Below are positions 1 through 13,420 of a stretch of 64,000 nt of DNA, piece by piece. Every line of letters starts with the position of its first letter. Positions within the stretch are counted from its first letter, which is position 1. Location: the NCBI RefSeq assembly GCF_009914755.1, contig NC_060946.1; one strand, given 5' to 3'. The position numbers were made by a program, and so were the translations under genes. The DNA comes from the human T2T-CHM13v2.0 reference genome, Homo sapiens. The notes below the pieces were generated by a model, which saw only the letters and a list, made by a program, of their open reading frames with translations, did not search any database and was not told where the DNA came from.

Positions 1-238
<238 letters not shown>

Positions 239-420
239 TTCTATTTCTAGTTTTCTATTCTAGTCACTTTATAGAAATATAATAATATAATATGTGACCT
301 TTTTTCTTTGGCTTTTCTCTTTGAGCGTGTTTTCATTATTTATCCATGTTGTGGCACATATCAGTTCTGTATTTATTTTTATGGCTAGCTAATACTCCAT
401 TGTATAAATAATATTCTATT

Positions 421-712
421 GGCCAGGGACGATGGCTCACACCTATAAACTCAGTATTTTGGGAGGCTGAGGCTGGTGGATCACCTGAGGTCAGGAGTTC
501 TAGACCAGCCTGGCTGACATGGTGAAACACTGTGTCTACTAAAAATACAAAAATTAGCCGGGCGTGGTTCCTGAAAGCCCAATTGCTCAGGAGGCTGAGG
601 CCAGGGAATCTCTTGAACCCAGGAGGTGGAGGTTACAGTGAGCTGAGATCGTGCCACTGCACTCCAGCATGGCTGACAGAGCAAGACTGTCTCAAAAAAA
701 AAGAAAGAAAAT
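421..712 (+). mobile_element. AluS SINE, full length
   Basis: Dimeric Alu: 'ggccagg...' start, 'ctactaaaaatacaaaaattagcc' linker, A-rich tail. Confidence 0.9.
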
Positions 713-951
713 GAGAGGAAATATGTGCAAACTACACAGCTGACAAGCGATTGATAAGCAGAATACAGAATAAACAAAAAACTAAATAAAAAATTAGTTT
801 AACTTTAAAATGGGCAATAATCTTCAGAAACATTTCTGGAAAATATAAGGGGCATAAACATAGAACCTAAAAGTTAGAGAAGAATTATGAAAAAACTGAA
901 GGATATAGAAAAAATAATTTCAGACTATTCACATTAAAATTTAATTAGAGA

Positions 952-3900
952 GGGGGTGGAGCCAAGATGGGCGAATAGGAAAAGCCTTAGTCTAGAACTC
1001 CCAGCATCGGCAATGCAGAACACAGGTCATTTCTGCATTTCCAACTGAGGTACCGGGCTCATCTCACTGGGGAGTGTCAGAAAGTGGGTGCAGGACAGTG
1101 GGTGCAGCGCACCCCATGTGAGCCAAAGCATGGTGAGGCATCGCCTCACCCAGGAAGTGCAAGGGGTCAGGGAATACCCTTTCCTAGTCAAAGAAAGGGG
1201 TGACAGATTGCACCTGGAAAATCGGGTGACTCCCACCCTAACACTGTACTGTTCCAAAGGTCTTAGCAAACGGCATACCAGGAGATTATATCCTGCACCT
1301 GGCTCAGAGGGTCCTACGCCCACAGAGCCACAATCATTGCTAGCACAGCAGTCTGAGATCAAACTGCAAGGCAACAACAAGCCTGGGGGAGGGGCGCCCA
1401 CCATTGCCGTGGCTTGAGTAGGTAAACAAAGCAGCCAGGAAGCTCCAACTGGGTGGAGCCAACTGCATCTCAAGGAGGCCTGCCTGACTCTGTAGACTCC
1501 ACCTCTGGGGGCAGGGAATAGCCAAACAAATGGCAGCAGAATCCTCTGCAGACTTAAATGTCCCTGTCTGACAGCTTTGAAGAGAGTAGTGGTTATCCCA
1601 GCATGCAGCTGGAGATCTGAGAACAGACAGACTGCCTCCTCAAGTGGGTCCCTGACCCCCGAGTAGCCTATCTGGGAAGCATCCCCAGTAGGGGCAGACT
1701 GACACCTCACACGGCCGGGTACTCCTCTGAGACAAAATTTCCAGAGGAACAATCAGGCAGCAATATTTGCTTTTCACCAATATCCGCTGTTCTGCAGCCT
1801 CCACTGCTGATACCCAGGCAAACAGGGTCTGGAGTGGACCTCCAGCAAACTCCAACAGACCTGCAGCTGAGGGTTCTGACTGTTAGAAGGAAAACTAACA
1901 AACAGAAAGTACATCCACAACAAAATCCCATCTGTACATCACAATCATCAAAGACCAAAGGAGAGAAAACTACAAAGATGGGGAAAAAACAGAGCAGAAA
2001 AACGGAAAATTCTAAAAATCAGAGTATCTCTCCACCTCCAAAGGAACACAGCTCCTCACCAGCAATGGAACAAAGCTGGACAGAGAATGACTTTGACGAG
2101 TTGAGAGAAGAAGGCTTCAGACGATCAAACTACTCCGAGCTAAAGGAGGAAGTTCAAACCCATGGCAAAGAAGTGAAAAACCTTTAAAAAAATTAGATGA
2201 ATAGCTAACTAGAATAACCAATGCAGAGAAGTTCGTAAAGGACCTGATGGAGCTGAAAACCAATGTACGAGAAGTACGTGATGAATGCACAAGCCTCAGT
2301 AGCCAATTCGATGAACTGGAAGAAAGGGTGTCAGTGATGGAAGATCAAATGAATGAAATGAAGTGAGAAAAGAAGTTTAGAGAGAAAAAGATAAAAAGAA
2401 ATGAACAAAACCTCCAAGAAATATGGGACTGTGTGAAAAGACCAAATATACATCTGATTGGTGTACCTGAAAGTTATGAGGAGAATGGAAGCAAGTTGGA
2501 AAACACTCTGAAGGATATTATCCATGAGAACTTCCCCAATCTAGCAAGGGAGGGTGACATTCAAATTCAGGAAATACAGAGAACACCAAAAAGATAATCC
2601 TCAAGAAGAGCAACTCCAAGACACATAATTGTCAGATTCACCAAAGTTGAAATGAAGGAAAAAATGTTAAGGGCAGCCAGAGAGAAAGGTCGGGTTACCC
2701 ACAAAGGGAAGCCCATCAGACTAACAGCTGATCTCTCGGCAGAAACTCTACAAGCCAGAAGAGTGGGGGACAATATTCAACATTCTTAAAGAAAAGAATT
2801 TTCAATCCAGAATTTCATATTCATTCAAACTAAGCTTCATAAGTGAAGGAGAAATAAAATCCTTTACATACAAGCAAACGATGAGAGATTTTGTCACCAC
2901 CAGGCCTGCCCTAAAAGAGCTCCTGAAGGAAGCACTAAACATGGAAAGGAACAACCGGTACCAGCCACTGCAAAAACATGCCAAGTTGTAAAGACCATCG
3001 AGGCTAGGAAGAAACTGCATCAACTAATGAGCAAAATAACCAGCTAACATCATAATGACAGGATCAAATGCACACAAAACAATATTAACCTTAAAAGTAA
3101 ATGGACTAAATTCTCCCATTAAAAGACACAGACTGGCAAATTGGATAAAGAGTCAAGACCCATCAGTGTTCTGTATTCAGGAAACGCATCTCACGTGCAG
3201 AGACACACATAGGCTCAAAATAAAGGGATGGAGGAAGATCTACCAAGCAAATGGAAAACAGAAAAAGGCAGGGGTTACAATCCTAGTGTCTGATAAAACA
3301 GACTTTAAAACAATAAAGATCAAAAGAGACAAAGAAGTCCATTACGTAATGATAAAGGGATCAATGCAATAAGAAGAGCTAATTATCCTGAATATATATG
3401 CACCCAATATAGGAGCACACAGATTCATAAAGCAAGTCCTTAGAGACCTAGAAAGAGACTTAGACTCCCACACAATAGTAATGGGAGATTTTAACACCCA
3501 CTGTCAACATTAGACATATCAATGAGACAGATAGTTAACAAGGATATCCAGGAATTGAACTCAGCTCTGCACCAAGCAGACCTAATAGACATCTACAGAA
3601 CTCTCCACCCCAAATCAACAGAATATACATTCTTCTCAGCACCGCACCGCACTTATTCCAAAATTGACCACATAGTTGGAAGTAAAGCACTCCTCAGCAA
3701 ATTGTAAAAGAACAGAAATTATAAAAACCTCTCTCTCAGACCACACTGCAATAAAACTAGAACTCAGGATTAAGAAACTCACTCAAAACCGCTCAACTAC
3801 ATGGAAACCAAACAACCTGCTCCCGAATGACTACTGGGTACATAACGAAACGAAGGCAGAAATAAAGATGTTCTTTGAAAGCAACGAGAACAAAGACACA

Positions 3901-4240
3901 ACATACCAGAATCTATGGGACACATTCAAAGCAGCGTGTAGAGGGAAATTTATAGCACTAAAGGCCCACAAGAGAAAGCAGAGAAGATCTAAAATTGACA
4001 CCCTAACATCACAATTAAAAGAACTAGAGAAGCAAGAGCAAACACATTCAAAAGCTAGCAGAAGGCAAGAAATAACTAAGATCAGAGCAGAATTGAAAGA
4101 AATAGACACATAAAAAACCCTTCAAAAAATCAGTGAATTCAGGAGCTGGTTTTTGAAACGATCAACAAAATTGATAGACTGCTAGCAAGACTAGTAAAGA
4201 AGAAAAGAGAGAAGAATCAAATAGACGCAATAAAAACTGA
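952..4240 (+). mobile_element. L1PA LINE-1, 5' portion (5'UTR, broken ORF1, ORF2 endonuclease domain), 3'-truncated
   Basis: Starts 'gggggtggagccaagatgg' (YY1 site). 5'UTR is ~1025 bp, longer than L1HS, suggesting roughly L1PA4-6. ORF1 begins MGKKQSRKT at 1978 with several stops. ORF2 begins MTGSNAHKTILTL at 3055 with stops and frameshifts. Homology ends near 4240. Confidence 0.95.
1027..1404 (-). CDS. LINE-1 ORF0-like antisense ORF (125 aa); expression unknown
   Basis: Translation MVGAPPPGLLLPCSLISDCCASN...VRVGVTRFSRC closely matches the primate L1 ORF0 peptide. ATG at 1404-1402, open to the stop at 1027. Confidence 0.55.
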   Translation of the reverse strand: MVGAPPPGLLLPCSLISDCCASNDCGSVGVGPSEPGAGYNLLVCRLLRPLEQYSVRVGVTRFSRCNLSPLSLTRKGYSLTPCTSWVRRCLTMLWLTWGALHPLSCTHFLTLPSEMSPVPQLEMQK

Positions 4241-4429
4241 TCATTTATGTGGCTCAAGTTCTCTAATATAACATAGTACGGTCAAAATGGAAGGGTAAAA
4301 ATTGCAAGACCACCTTAACGTTTGTCATCTTAAGTGTACTATAAAAATGCCTTTTAAATTAATTCAGTGAATAGGTTTTTAAGTGCATGTTTTAGATTAT
4401 GCTGAACTGTCAAATACCAGCACATCCCT

Positions 4430-4960
4430 AATTTGCAGTAGATTAACAACACTTTTTAGCACACATCACAGAGTTGTTCGGTGGCCAAATTGAAAAGGCA
4501 CCTCCTCTCCATGTGGTCATTCAGAAACTCAAAGTTCTTTCATTATTTGTCTTCATCATCCATGAGTCGTGGTTGCCGTTTGTGTTCAGTCCCCTGAAAA
4601 TAAAGTACTTTAAGAAATGCATGCGAGAAGACTTGATGGACTCATCTTAATGTGACTCACATCCATCTCACTCTACAACCATTAACAATAACTGGTCACG
4701 TTTCCACATCTAATGCAAATGAGGCTAAGAAATGTAATTCTGCTGTGTCCCTAATAAATGGGAGAATAGAATTTGTTGAATGACCAGAGTTTTCCGTAAC
4801 ATTGTGTCACTCATATGGATTTACTGTGTTTCTCAAATATTTATTAAACATCTGTCATAGCCAAGCACTGTGATAAGGAGTACAGGGAGGACAGAGAGCT
4901 GACTCAGCAGAGTCCTAGTCTGAAAGAAACTCACAATCTAAGAAAATAAGAAAAGTCATG
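4430..4960. mobile_element. Ancient repeat relics (MLT1-like LTR piece, then L2-like 3' end)
   Basis: 'ctaatgcaaatgaggctaagaaatgtaattc' resembles MLT1. 'aaatatttattaaacatctg...caagcactgtg...aactcacaatcta' resembles an antisense L2 3' end. Highly diverged. Confidence 0.45.
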
Positions 4961-4965
4961 TTAGG

Positions 4966-5442
4966 TGCTGCTATAAAGGCACATGCACACGTATGTTTAT
5001 TGTGGCACTACTCACAATGCAAATACTTGGAACCAACCGAAATGTCCAACAATGATAGACTGGATCAAGCAAATGTGGCCCATATACACCATGGAATACT
5101 ATGCAGCCATAAAAAATGATGAGTTCATGTCCTTTGTGTGTACATGAATGAAGCTGGAAAAGATAATTCTCAGCAAACTATCACAAGGACAAAAAAAAAC
5201 AAACACCACATGTTCTCGCTTATAGGTGGGAATTGAACAATGAGAACACTTGGACACAGGAAGGGTAACATTACCCACTGGGGAATGTTGTTGGGGGGGG
5301 AGGGGGGAGGGATAGCATTTGGAGATATACCTAATGTAAATGACGAGTTAATGGGTGCAGCTCACCAACATGGCACATGTATACATAAGTAACAAACCTG
5401 CACGTTGTGCACATGTACCCTAGAACTTAAAGTATAATAAAT
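4966..5442 (+). mobile_element. L1PA 3' end (end of ORF2 and 3'UTR)
   Basis: 'tgctgctataaaggcacatgcacacgtatg...ccctagaacttaaagtataataa' with the G-rich 3'UTR tract. Confidence 0.93.
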
Positions 5443-5472
5443 ATATGTATAACATACGTATATATTATATAC

Positions 5473-5676
5473 ATGTTCAAGGGATTCTCCTGCCTCAGCC
5501 TCCCAAGTAGCTGGGATTACAAGCGCTGCCATTACTCCCAGCTATTTTTTGTATTTTTAGTAGAGAAGGAGTTTTGCCATGTTGGCCAGGACGGTCTGGA
5601 TCTCCTGACCTCATGATCCACACCCCTTGGCCTCCCAGAGTGCTGGGATTACAGGTGTGAGCCACAGCCCCCGGCC
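5473..5676 (-). mobile_element. Alu, partial
   Basis: Antisense Alu consensus match. Confidence 0.85.
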
Positions 5677-5679
5677 TAT

Positions 5680-7100
5680 ATGAGTTTTCAAATAGTTTTT
5701 TCTAGCTCCGTAAAAAATTTCATTGGCAGTTTGATGGAAATAGTATTAAATCTGTAAATTTCTTTGTGAAGTATAGCCATTTTAGTGATATTGGATCTTC
5801 CTATCCGTGAGCATGGGATGGTTTTCCATTTGTTTGTATCTTCTCTGATTTCTTTGAGCAGTGTTTTGTAAATCTCATTGTAGAGCTCTTTCACCTCCCT
5901 GGTGAGCTGCATTTCCAGATATTTTATTATTTTAGTGGCAATTGTGAATGGGATGGCCTTTCTGATTTTGCTGTCAGTGTGGCTATCGTTGGTGTAGAAA
6001 AATGTTAGTGATCTTTGCACATTGATTTAGTATCTTGAAACTTTGCTGAAGCTGTTTGTTAACTAAAGAAGCTTTGTAGATGAAACTACAGGGTTTTCTA
6101 GATAGAGAATTATGTTATCTGCAAACAGAAATAGTTTGGCTTTCTCTCTTCCTATTTGGATGTTCTTCGGATTTCTTTCTCTAGCCTGATTGCTCTGGTC
6201 AGTACTGTCAATACTAAGTTGAATAGAAATGGCAAGAGAGGGCATTCTTGCCTTCTACTGGTTTTAAAAAATAATGTTCCCGGCTTTTGCCCATTCAACA
6301 CATTGTTGGCTGTGGGTTTCTTATAGACGGCTTTTATTATTTTCTGCGTCTATTGAGATAATCATCTTTTTTTTGTTTTTAGTTCTGTTTATGTAATGTA
6401 TTACATTTATTGATTTGCACATGATGGACCAACCTTGCGTCCTAAGGAGGAAGCCTACTTGATCATGACGGATTACCTGTTTGATGTGCTGCTGGATTTG
6501 CCTCCCAAATATTTTGTTGAGAACTTTTGTATTGATGTTCGTCAAGAATATTGGCCTGAAGTTTTCTTTCCCTTCTTTCTTTTTTTTTTTTTTTTTTTGA
6601 CGGTGTCTCCCTCTGTTGCCCAGGCTGGAGTGGATTGCACTGGCGCGATCTCTGCTTAATGCAATCTCTGCCTCCTGAGTTCACGCCATTCTCCTGCTTC
6701 AGCCTCCCAAGTAGCTGGGACTACAGGTGTCTGCTACCAAGCCCGGCTAATTTTTTGTGTTTTTGTTGTGTCTCTGCCTGTTTTGGTGTCAAGATCATGC
6801 TGTCCTCATAGAATGAGTTGGGGAGAAGACCCTCCTTCTCAATTTTTGGGTATAGTTTCTGTAGGAATTGTACCAGCTCTTCTTTGTACATTTGGTAGAA
6901 TTTGGCTGTAAGTCCATAAAGTCCAGAGCTTTTTTTTTTGATTGGCAAGCTACTTATTACCTATTTAATATCAGAGTTTTTTACTGGTCTGTTCAGGAAA
7001 TCATTGTCTTCCTGGCTTAATCTTGAGAGAGTGTGTATATCTAGGAATCTATTTATTTCGTTAAAGTTTTCTAGTTTGTGTGTATAAAGTTGTTCATGTT
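5680..7100 (-). mobile_element. Older L1 ORF2 (RT region) fragment, interrupted by an Alu right arm (~6575-6755)
   Basis: Minus-strand peptides resemble L1 ORF2p: [35 protein letters not shown] (decayed FADD), [20 protein letters not shown]. Confidence 0.9.
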
Positions 7101-8071
7101 AGTGCTGTCCCCAGTTAAATAAAAACAACTATTAGAAACCACTAAAGTTTAACACTTGTTTTTATATCTTTAATCAATTTTTATTTAATTTTTCTACTTG
7201 GAATGTGATAAAGATTCAACTTTACTGGTTTAAATGTGGACTTGTTTTCCCAGCATTTCTTGTGTAACAAACTGTCTTTACATAATGATTAAGGCACACT
7301 TTTAAAAAGACAAACAATAATTTATGAAAGGGTTTTTTGGAGTATCTATTTTATTTATTTGATCTCCACAATTGTTCTTATGCCACTATCAAACTGTTAT
7401 AATTATAGTAGCTTTTTATGTTTTCAAATTTAAAATTGTGAGCCACCTAATTTTGTCCTTCTTTTCAAGATTATTCTGTACATTCAGAGGATGTTCAAAT
7501 TCCATATGAAGTTTTAAATGAGCTATTTTCTTTTTGCAGAAGAAAAGTTGGAAAAATGAAAACTTGGGATTACAGTACATCTGTACACTCCTTTGGGCAG
7601 TGGTATTGTCATCTTAACTTCATTAAATCTTCCGGTTCAGGAACATGGAATTTGTTGCCAGTTATTTAAGTCCTTTTTAGTTTTTTTCATAAACATTCTG
7701 ATCCTGTATTTTTTATTGTACAAGATATTTACCTCCTTATTAAATTTATTGCTAAGAATTATATTATTTTAATGTTGTTGCGAACAATTGTTTTCTTAAT
7801 TTACTGTCAAATTGTTAATTGTATATGGAAATGCAGTTTATGTTTCTGTGTTGTAAAAATAATTATTTCATGTCTCAAATCTAGATTAGCAATTCATTCA
7901 GAATAAATATGCTGTATATATTACTAGTCATTTAACTTTTTCCAATAAGGTAACCAATTTCAATATGTCTAAATATGTAAAAATGTTAAATTGTGTTAGA
8001 TTTTTCACTTACTCTCACCTGTCATTTATCTGTCAGAATTACATTACTGCGCACTAGAACTTTCATTTCTG

Positions 8072-8278
8072 GGGCCGGGCACGGAGGCTCATGCCTATAT
8101 TCCTAGCACTTTGTGAGGCCAAGGCAGGCGGACCACCTGAGATCAGGAGTTCGAGACCTGTCTGGCCAATATGGTAAAACCCCGCCTCTACTAAAAATAC
8201 AAAAATAAGCTGAGCGTGGTCTTGGGAGACTGTATTCCCAGCTACTTTGGAGGCTGACAGTGGAGAATCACTTGAACA
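8072..8278 (+). mobile_element. AluS, 3'-truncated
   Basis: 'ggccgggcacggaggctcatgcc...' Alu left arm and part of the right arm. Confidence 0.85.
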
Positions 8279-9479
8279 ATCCCACAACACAAAACAACCG
8301 AGGTTAGTCTTCATGTCGAAAGTCTTCAATGGATTGTCTTTTATCACAGGATTGCTTAGTGCAACATTTAATGGGAAAGATGCATGCTACTGAGATGTAG
8401 TTCTCCACAAGTCTCTCAGAGTTTGTTGTTTTGTTGTGGATTACATCACATACCTGTCCTGTTCCACGCTATTTTTCAAAGATTTTTGTACACAAATAAC
8501 CTGGAAAAAGGGTAGTAGTTTTTCTCTTCAGGTGAATGGCAGATAAATTACTCAATCAATATAATAAAGACAATTTTTCTTTGTGACGCAAAGGTTGGAC
8601 AGGCTTCCATGTAACCTACTTTAAAAAGATTGAGGTTTCTTAGTCTTGAGTCTGCTCAGCTATGACACAAATCTTCCCCATGTACAATGTCCATATGAGC
8701 CTTTTGAAATCCTTCAAAAAACGTAGTATGGACAAGGAGAACTAATACAAATATGAGGCTTTTGCCTCCAGGTAAGCAGTAAATAGTAGGTATTTTTTTT
8801 CATACTTCAGTGTCTCATGCCTTCTACCAGCATCGATGAAAATGGAAGGTTAATATGTTGTTTACAAATGCTATAAAATCTTAGATACGTCACAATTATT
8901 TAATTTTGGAGATGACTATGGCATGCTGAGATAAACACAACTTTCTGAAAGGGGAAAAGGAACAAATACTTGAAGAGCTTGCAAGGGATATGAGAAGTTC
9001 CCCCAGGACCAACAGCAAATTCTCTCGGCCAAGTGGTTAGTTTGGTGAAGCAAGAGATCAAGACTCTGCTGTCTGCTAATGAGACTGATCCTTGAGAGGA
9101 TTATAACAATGAACCTGAGAGCTTTGCATGTTCACTTTTCTCCTGCTGGAAAATCAAGGAGCTCTTAAAGCTAATGTTGAGGTTTGGATGAGTCCAAAAC
9201 AGTAGAAGTTCATGTGGTTCAGCTGTGAGCAGCAAAAAGACTGCAAAAAGCCACATTAAGCAGGTTTTGTAAGTCTCTCCTTTACCCACATGAAGGAACC
9301 CATTCCCTCTGCACTTCTAATTTTTGTCCTTTGTCTACAGCTAACTTCAGCAACTTTAAATATTAAACTACATACGATTGGAGGTTTGGATGGGGGAACA
9401 CAAATATATGTAGTTCCTTTGGATATATGTATCTAATTCACCATTCTGTGGAGTCCCTTAGGGTGCACAGGGAGATATA

Positions 9480-10270
9480 GGTGTTAGGGTGGCTGGAAAT
9501 GCTGACAAACCTATCATTCTATTAATCCAGTTGCTTCCAGATAATGGAAAGCATGGTAAGTCCACTGACATCCGTGAAGATGAGCACACTGCTACACTTT
9601 GGCTGTGAAGTGAGTTTCTTGGTCTGAGCAATGCTAAGTGGAATATCATAGGGATGGATGAGGGATTCTGTGAGTCCATGGAGGGTAGTTTTGGCAGAAT
9701 TCCACCCAGGGAAAGCAAATTTGTATCCATAGTAAGAGCCTACTCCAGTGAGTACAAACTGTTGCCGCCTATATTATAAAAGTTATTCAACGTAATAAAT
9801 TTACTACCAGGTGCCTGGTGGATCACCCTGGAAATGATGTCATATCAAAGCCTCAGTGTAGATCTGTGCTGCTGTCAAATTAAACATTCAGAATTGACTG
9901 TAGCCAGACTGGCCTTTGGGATTCAAAGTTCATATTGCTTAGCCCGTGCGTTGCTTCTATTTCTGCTACTATGTTCACCTTGTTTATAAGCCCATTGGGT
10001 GATGATGGGGGTGACAGGGAAGTAAGAATGACCCATACTCACGGAACAAGACATTCTGTCCACATCATTATCAAAATCATGCTCTGATACGGTTACCCCT
10101 TAGTAGGGATTCATATAGAACAGACATATCTTTATGTAATTTACCCAGTGAGAGAAGTTTATCCACAAAAGTTTTTCTATTTTTTTTTTTTTTTTTTTGC
10201 CAGGAATTTTGTAATCATGTTCCTTCCGTGTCATTGGTCATGTAGCCAATTCATGGGCCACAGCAGTGTT
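9480..10270 (-). mobile_element. ERVL-class pol relic (RNase H/integrase)
   Basis: Reverse strand gives decayed motifs resembling ERVL pol: AVAHELAT*PMTRKE (cf. AVANGLAGWSGTWKE), GDPPGTW**IYYV (cf. GDQPATWWQVDYI), and a frameshifted SIA.DQETHFTA-like stretch. Confidence 0.65.
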
Positions 10271-10289
10271 GCAGGAGTGAGTATCATAG

Positions 10290-12120
10290 GATCTCAAACT
10301 CCTGTTCTTAAGCAATCCTTGCCTCAACCTCTTAAGTAGCTGAGACTATAGGTGCACCCCACAACGCCTAGCTAATTTTGTTTTATTTTTAGTAGAGATT
10401 AGATTTTGCTATGTTTTCCAGGCTGTTCTCACACTCCCCACCTCAAGCGATTCTCCCAGCTTTGCCTGCAAAGTGCTTTGACTAGAGTCAAACCTCCACA
10501 CCCAGCACCTATAATTTGATATTTTAAACAATACTATGTAGCGAAAGCGATTACGAAGTTATCTAGGGAAAGAAAGCTCACTATCACAGTGTAAAATTGT
10601 ATAGATATGATGCGGGCATGTGTGTATACATGCTTGCTTGTGTGCATAGGTGCGTGTTTTCTGAGAAATGGTACCTTATTGCTACCAGGCTAGGATAGCA
10701 TTCATGTTCTTCTGAAGATGTCAAATATTGAAGCTCCAGGATTCATAGAACAAGATTCCTAAGTGGTTCACGAGAGGGTGAACGATTGAGTAATGGGTAT
10801 TTTGGAAGAAACAACTGGCCTAGGGACAAGAATAAGTGTGCAAATCATCTGTGTGAAACACGCTTTCTTCGGAGCACGCATTTCATGCACTTCATTCTAC
10901 TGTGACAGATATTGCTACTCTGAGTTTGGGAGAGATTGAACCTAGGGTCTACTGTGAAACTCTGTAGACTAGACTTCTGTCTGAGGCAGCCCCTGCCTGT
11001 AACCGTAACCTGCGCCAAACTCCAATGGAGCATTCTTCTCAATGGATAAATGGAAATTCCGGATGATCCGATGGGCAGAGAGTGCGACTGTTTTTTTCAG
11101 GAGCTCTGGTTGAATGGTTTTGGGGACTTTCTGGGAGGATGCTCTGCACCCAGAAAAGTAGTCCAACGGGAATCATGAGAAAATGGGCGACTCCGTGTGC
11201 CTCCGTCCCCTCCTACTTCCTCACCCACCCCTCCATCAGGGATCCCACGTATTCCAGGATGACACGTGTTTTAGTTGTCTTTGGGCGACAACTAGCGGCA
11301 ACCGTTATTGAAAATGTAAGCTGTAGAGAACAAAAAAACTCTGGTCGCCTGTTCACAGCTCACTCACTGCAACGTTGAATCCTGGGCTTAAGCAATCCTC
11401 CTGCCTCAGCTTCCTGAGTAGCTGGAAATATAGGCATGTGCCACAATGCTGGGCAATATTTTTAAGTAGTGGTAATCTCTCTCGATGTGTTGCCCAGGTT
11501 AGTCTCAAACTCCTGTCCTCTATCCAGCCTCCCACCTTGGTCTTCAGAAGTCCTGGGATTACAGGCTTGAGCCACTGTGCTCACTCCTATAATTTGATGT
11601 TTTCAACAATACTATGTAGTGAAATGCATCACGAAGACATTTTGCAAAAGAAAGCTCACTATCACATATAAACTTGTATACTTGTCATGTGCTCACGTGA
11701 GCGCATGTTCTTGCCTGTCTGAATGTTTTCTGAGAACTGATCATCTTTTCCCCAGGGACACTGGTTGAAGAGCTGCGGGGATTGTCTGGGAGGGTGTCTC
11801 GGGCCCGGAAACGTAATCCAGGAGAGATCAGAAGACCGGCGACCCCATGGGCCTCCATCTCTTTCTCCTTCCTTGACAACCCCTAAACCAGTGACCCCAC
11901 TCATTCCAGGCTGGAACGTCGTTCGGTTGTCATTTGGCGTCACCTAGCGGTCACTGTTATTGAAAATGGAGGCATCACACCAAAACTTCTGGCCGCCCGC
12001 GCACAGCCAGGGAAAACTGGTTTCTCTCGGGCCCCACCCTGACCTCAGAGGCACTCCTTCTGTCCCTCCCCCTATGCCTTGTTGCCTAGGAAACCTCCAC
12101 CCTGGCTGGGAATGCTTATT
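10290..12120 (+). repeat. Diverged tandem duplication (~1.08 kb offset) of an Alu fragment plus IGS-like module
   Basis: 'ctataatttgat...aaagaaagctcactatcaca' at ~10509-10588 and ~11588-11667. Each copy is preceded by an antisense Alu piece and followed by sequence resembling IGS 61980-62330. Confidence 0.75.
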
Positions 12121-12161
12121 TCTTTATTTATTTAGAGACAGAGACAGTTTCGCTCTTGTAG

Positions 12162-12380
<219 letters not shown>

Positions 12381-12510
12381 TAAAGTGCTGAGTTTACAGA
12401 AATAAGCCAGGGCGCCTAGGCTATCATTTGTTTTTCTTTCTTCCTTTTTTTTTTTTTTTTTTTTTTTTAGTAAGCATGAACAGTTCTACCTGGGTTTTAA
12501 AAATTGTGTG

Positions 12511-13079
12511 TGTGAAAGAAAAATAAATCTTGAGGCTTCCAAATCACTAAAGTAAAGGGAAAAGTCAAGCTGGCAACTGTTTAGGGCCAAACTGCCATTC
12601 TATTCAAAGTCACTCCTCTGCTCTTTTCTCTTTTTTTTTTTCTTTTTTGAGATGGAGTCTCGCTCAGATGCTCAAGCTGGAGCCCAGTGGAGCAATCTCG
12701 GCTCACTGCAACATTCACCTCCTGGTTTCAAGCGATAAATGTATATTTGATTGCCTCCTTTGGAGAGGCTAATTAGAAACTCCAAAGAATGCAACCATTT
12801 GTCTCTTAACTACCTTTGACCAGGAAGTCCCCTCCTCACTTTCAGTCTTCCCGCGTTTGCTAATTTGTCCCGCCTTTGCAGACCGAACCAATGTTCATCT
12901 TGCATACTTTGATTGATGTCTCATATCTCCCTAGAATGTATAAAACGATAATGTTCTCTGTTTACCTTAGGCACATGTCCTCAGAACCTCCTGAGGCTGT
13001 CACGGGTATGCGTCCTGAACCTTGGTTACGTAAACTTTCTAAATTAACTGAGACCTCTCTCAAGTTTTCAGGGTTCACA
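12511..13079 (+). mobile_element. MER4A-family (ERV1) solo LTR with an embedded Alu fragment (~12625-12735)
   Basis: TG...CA termini. 'tgtgaaagaaaaataaatctt...gggaaaagtcaagctgg' and 'taaattaactgagacc...gggttcaca' match the MER4A consensus as recalled. Confidence 0.8.
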
Positions 13080-13420
13080 ACGGAAAGTGCATTGTAGCTC
13101 CACCCTAGGGCTTATCATTAAGAAAATCTATCCTAAATCTCTGCAGATACAGTCAAACCGGTTGTATGTAAACTGTATGAAACTAAATGCACTTATTACA
13201 AGTAAATGAATAAATGCTGAGAAAAAAAATCATGAACCGCTCACCTTTCAAAGAAGCAATAATACTATGAATTATGTGTAATTTCCAGAGTCAGCTAGTT
13301 TCAAAATTGTCCCCACTAAACTTGGAAAGGTTCCAGAGTGAGCTATTGTGCCTCCAGCCTTTGCTCCTCCCCCTTCTTTCCCCTGCGCCTTCCCCTCAAC
13401 CTTTGCCGGCAATCACATTC

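Noticed and set aside
7200-9300. Possible old L1M and LTR fragments
   Set aside because: Too diverged to assign family or boundaries by eye; needs RepeatMasker/Dfam.
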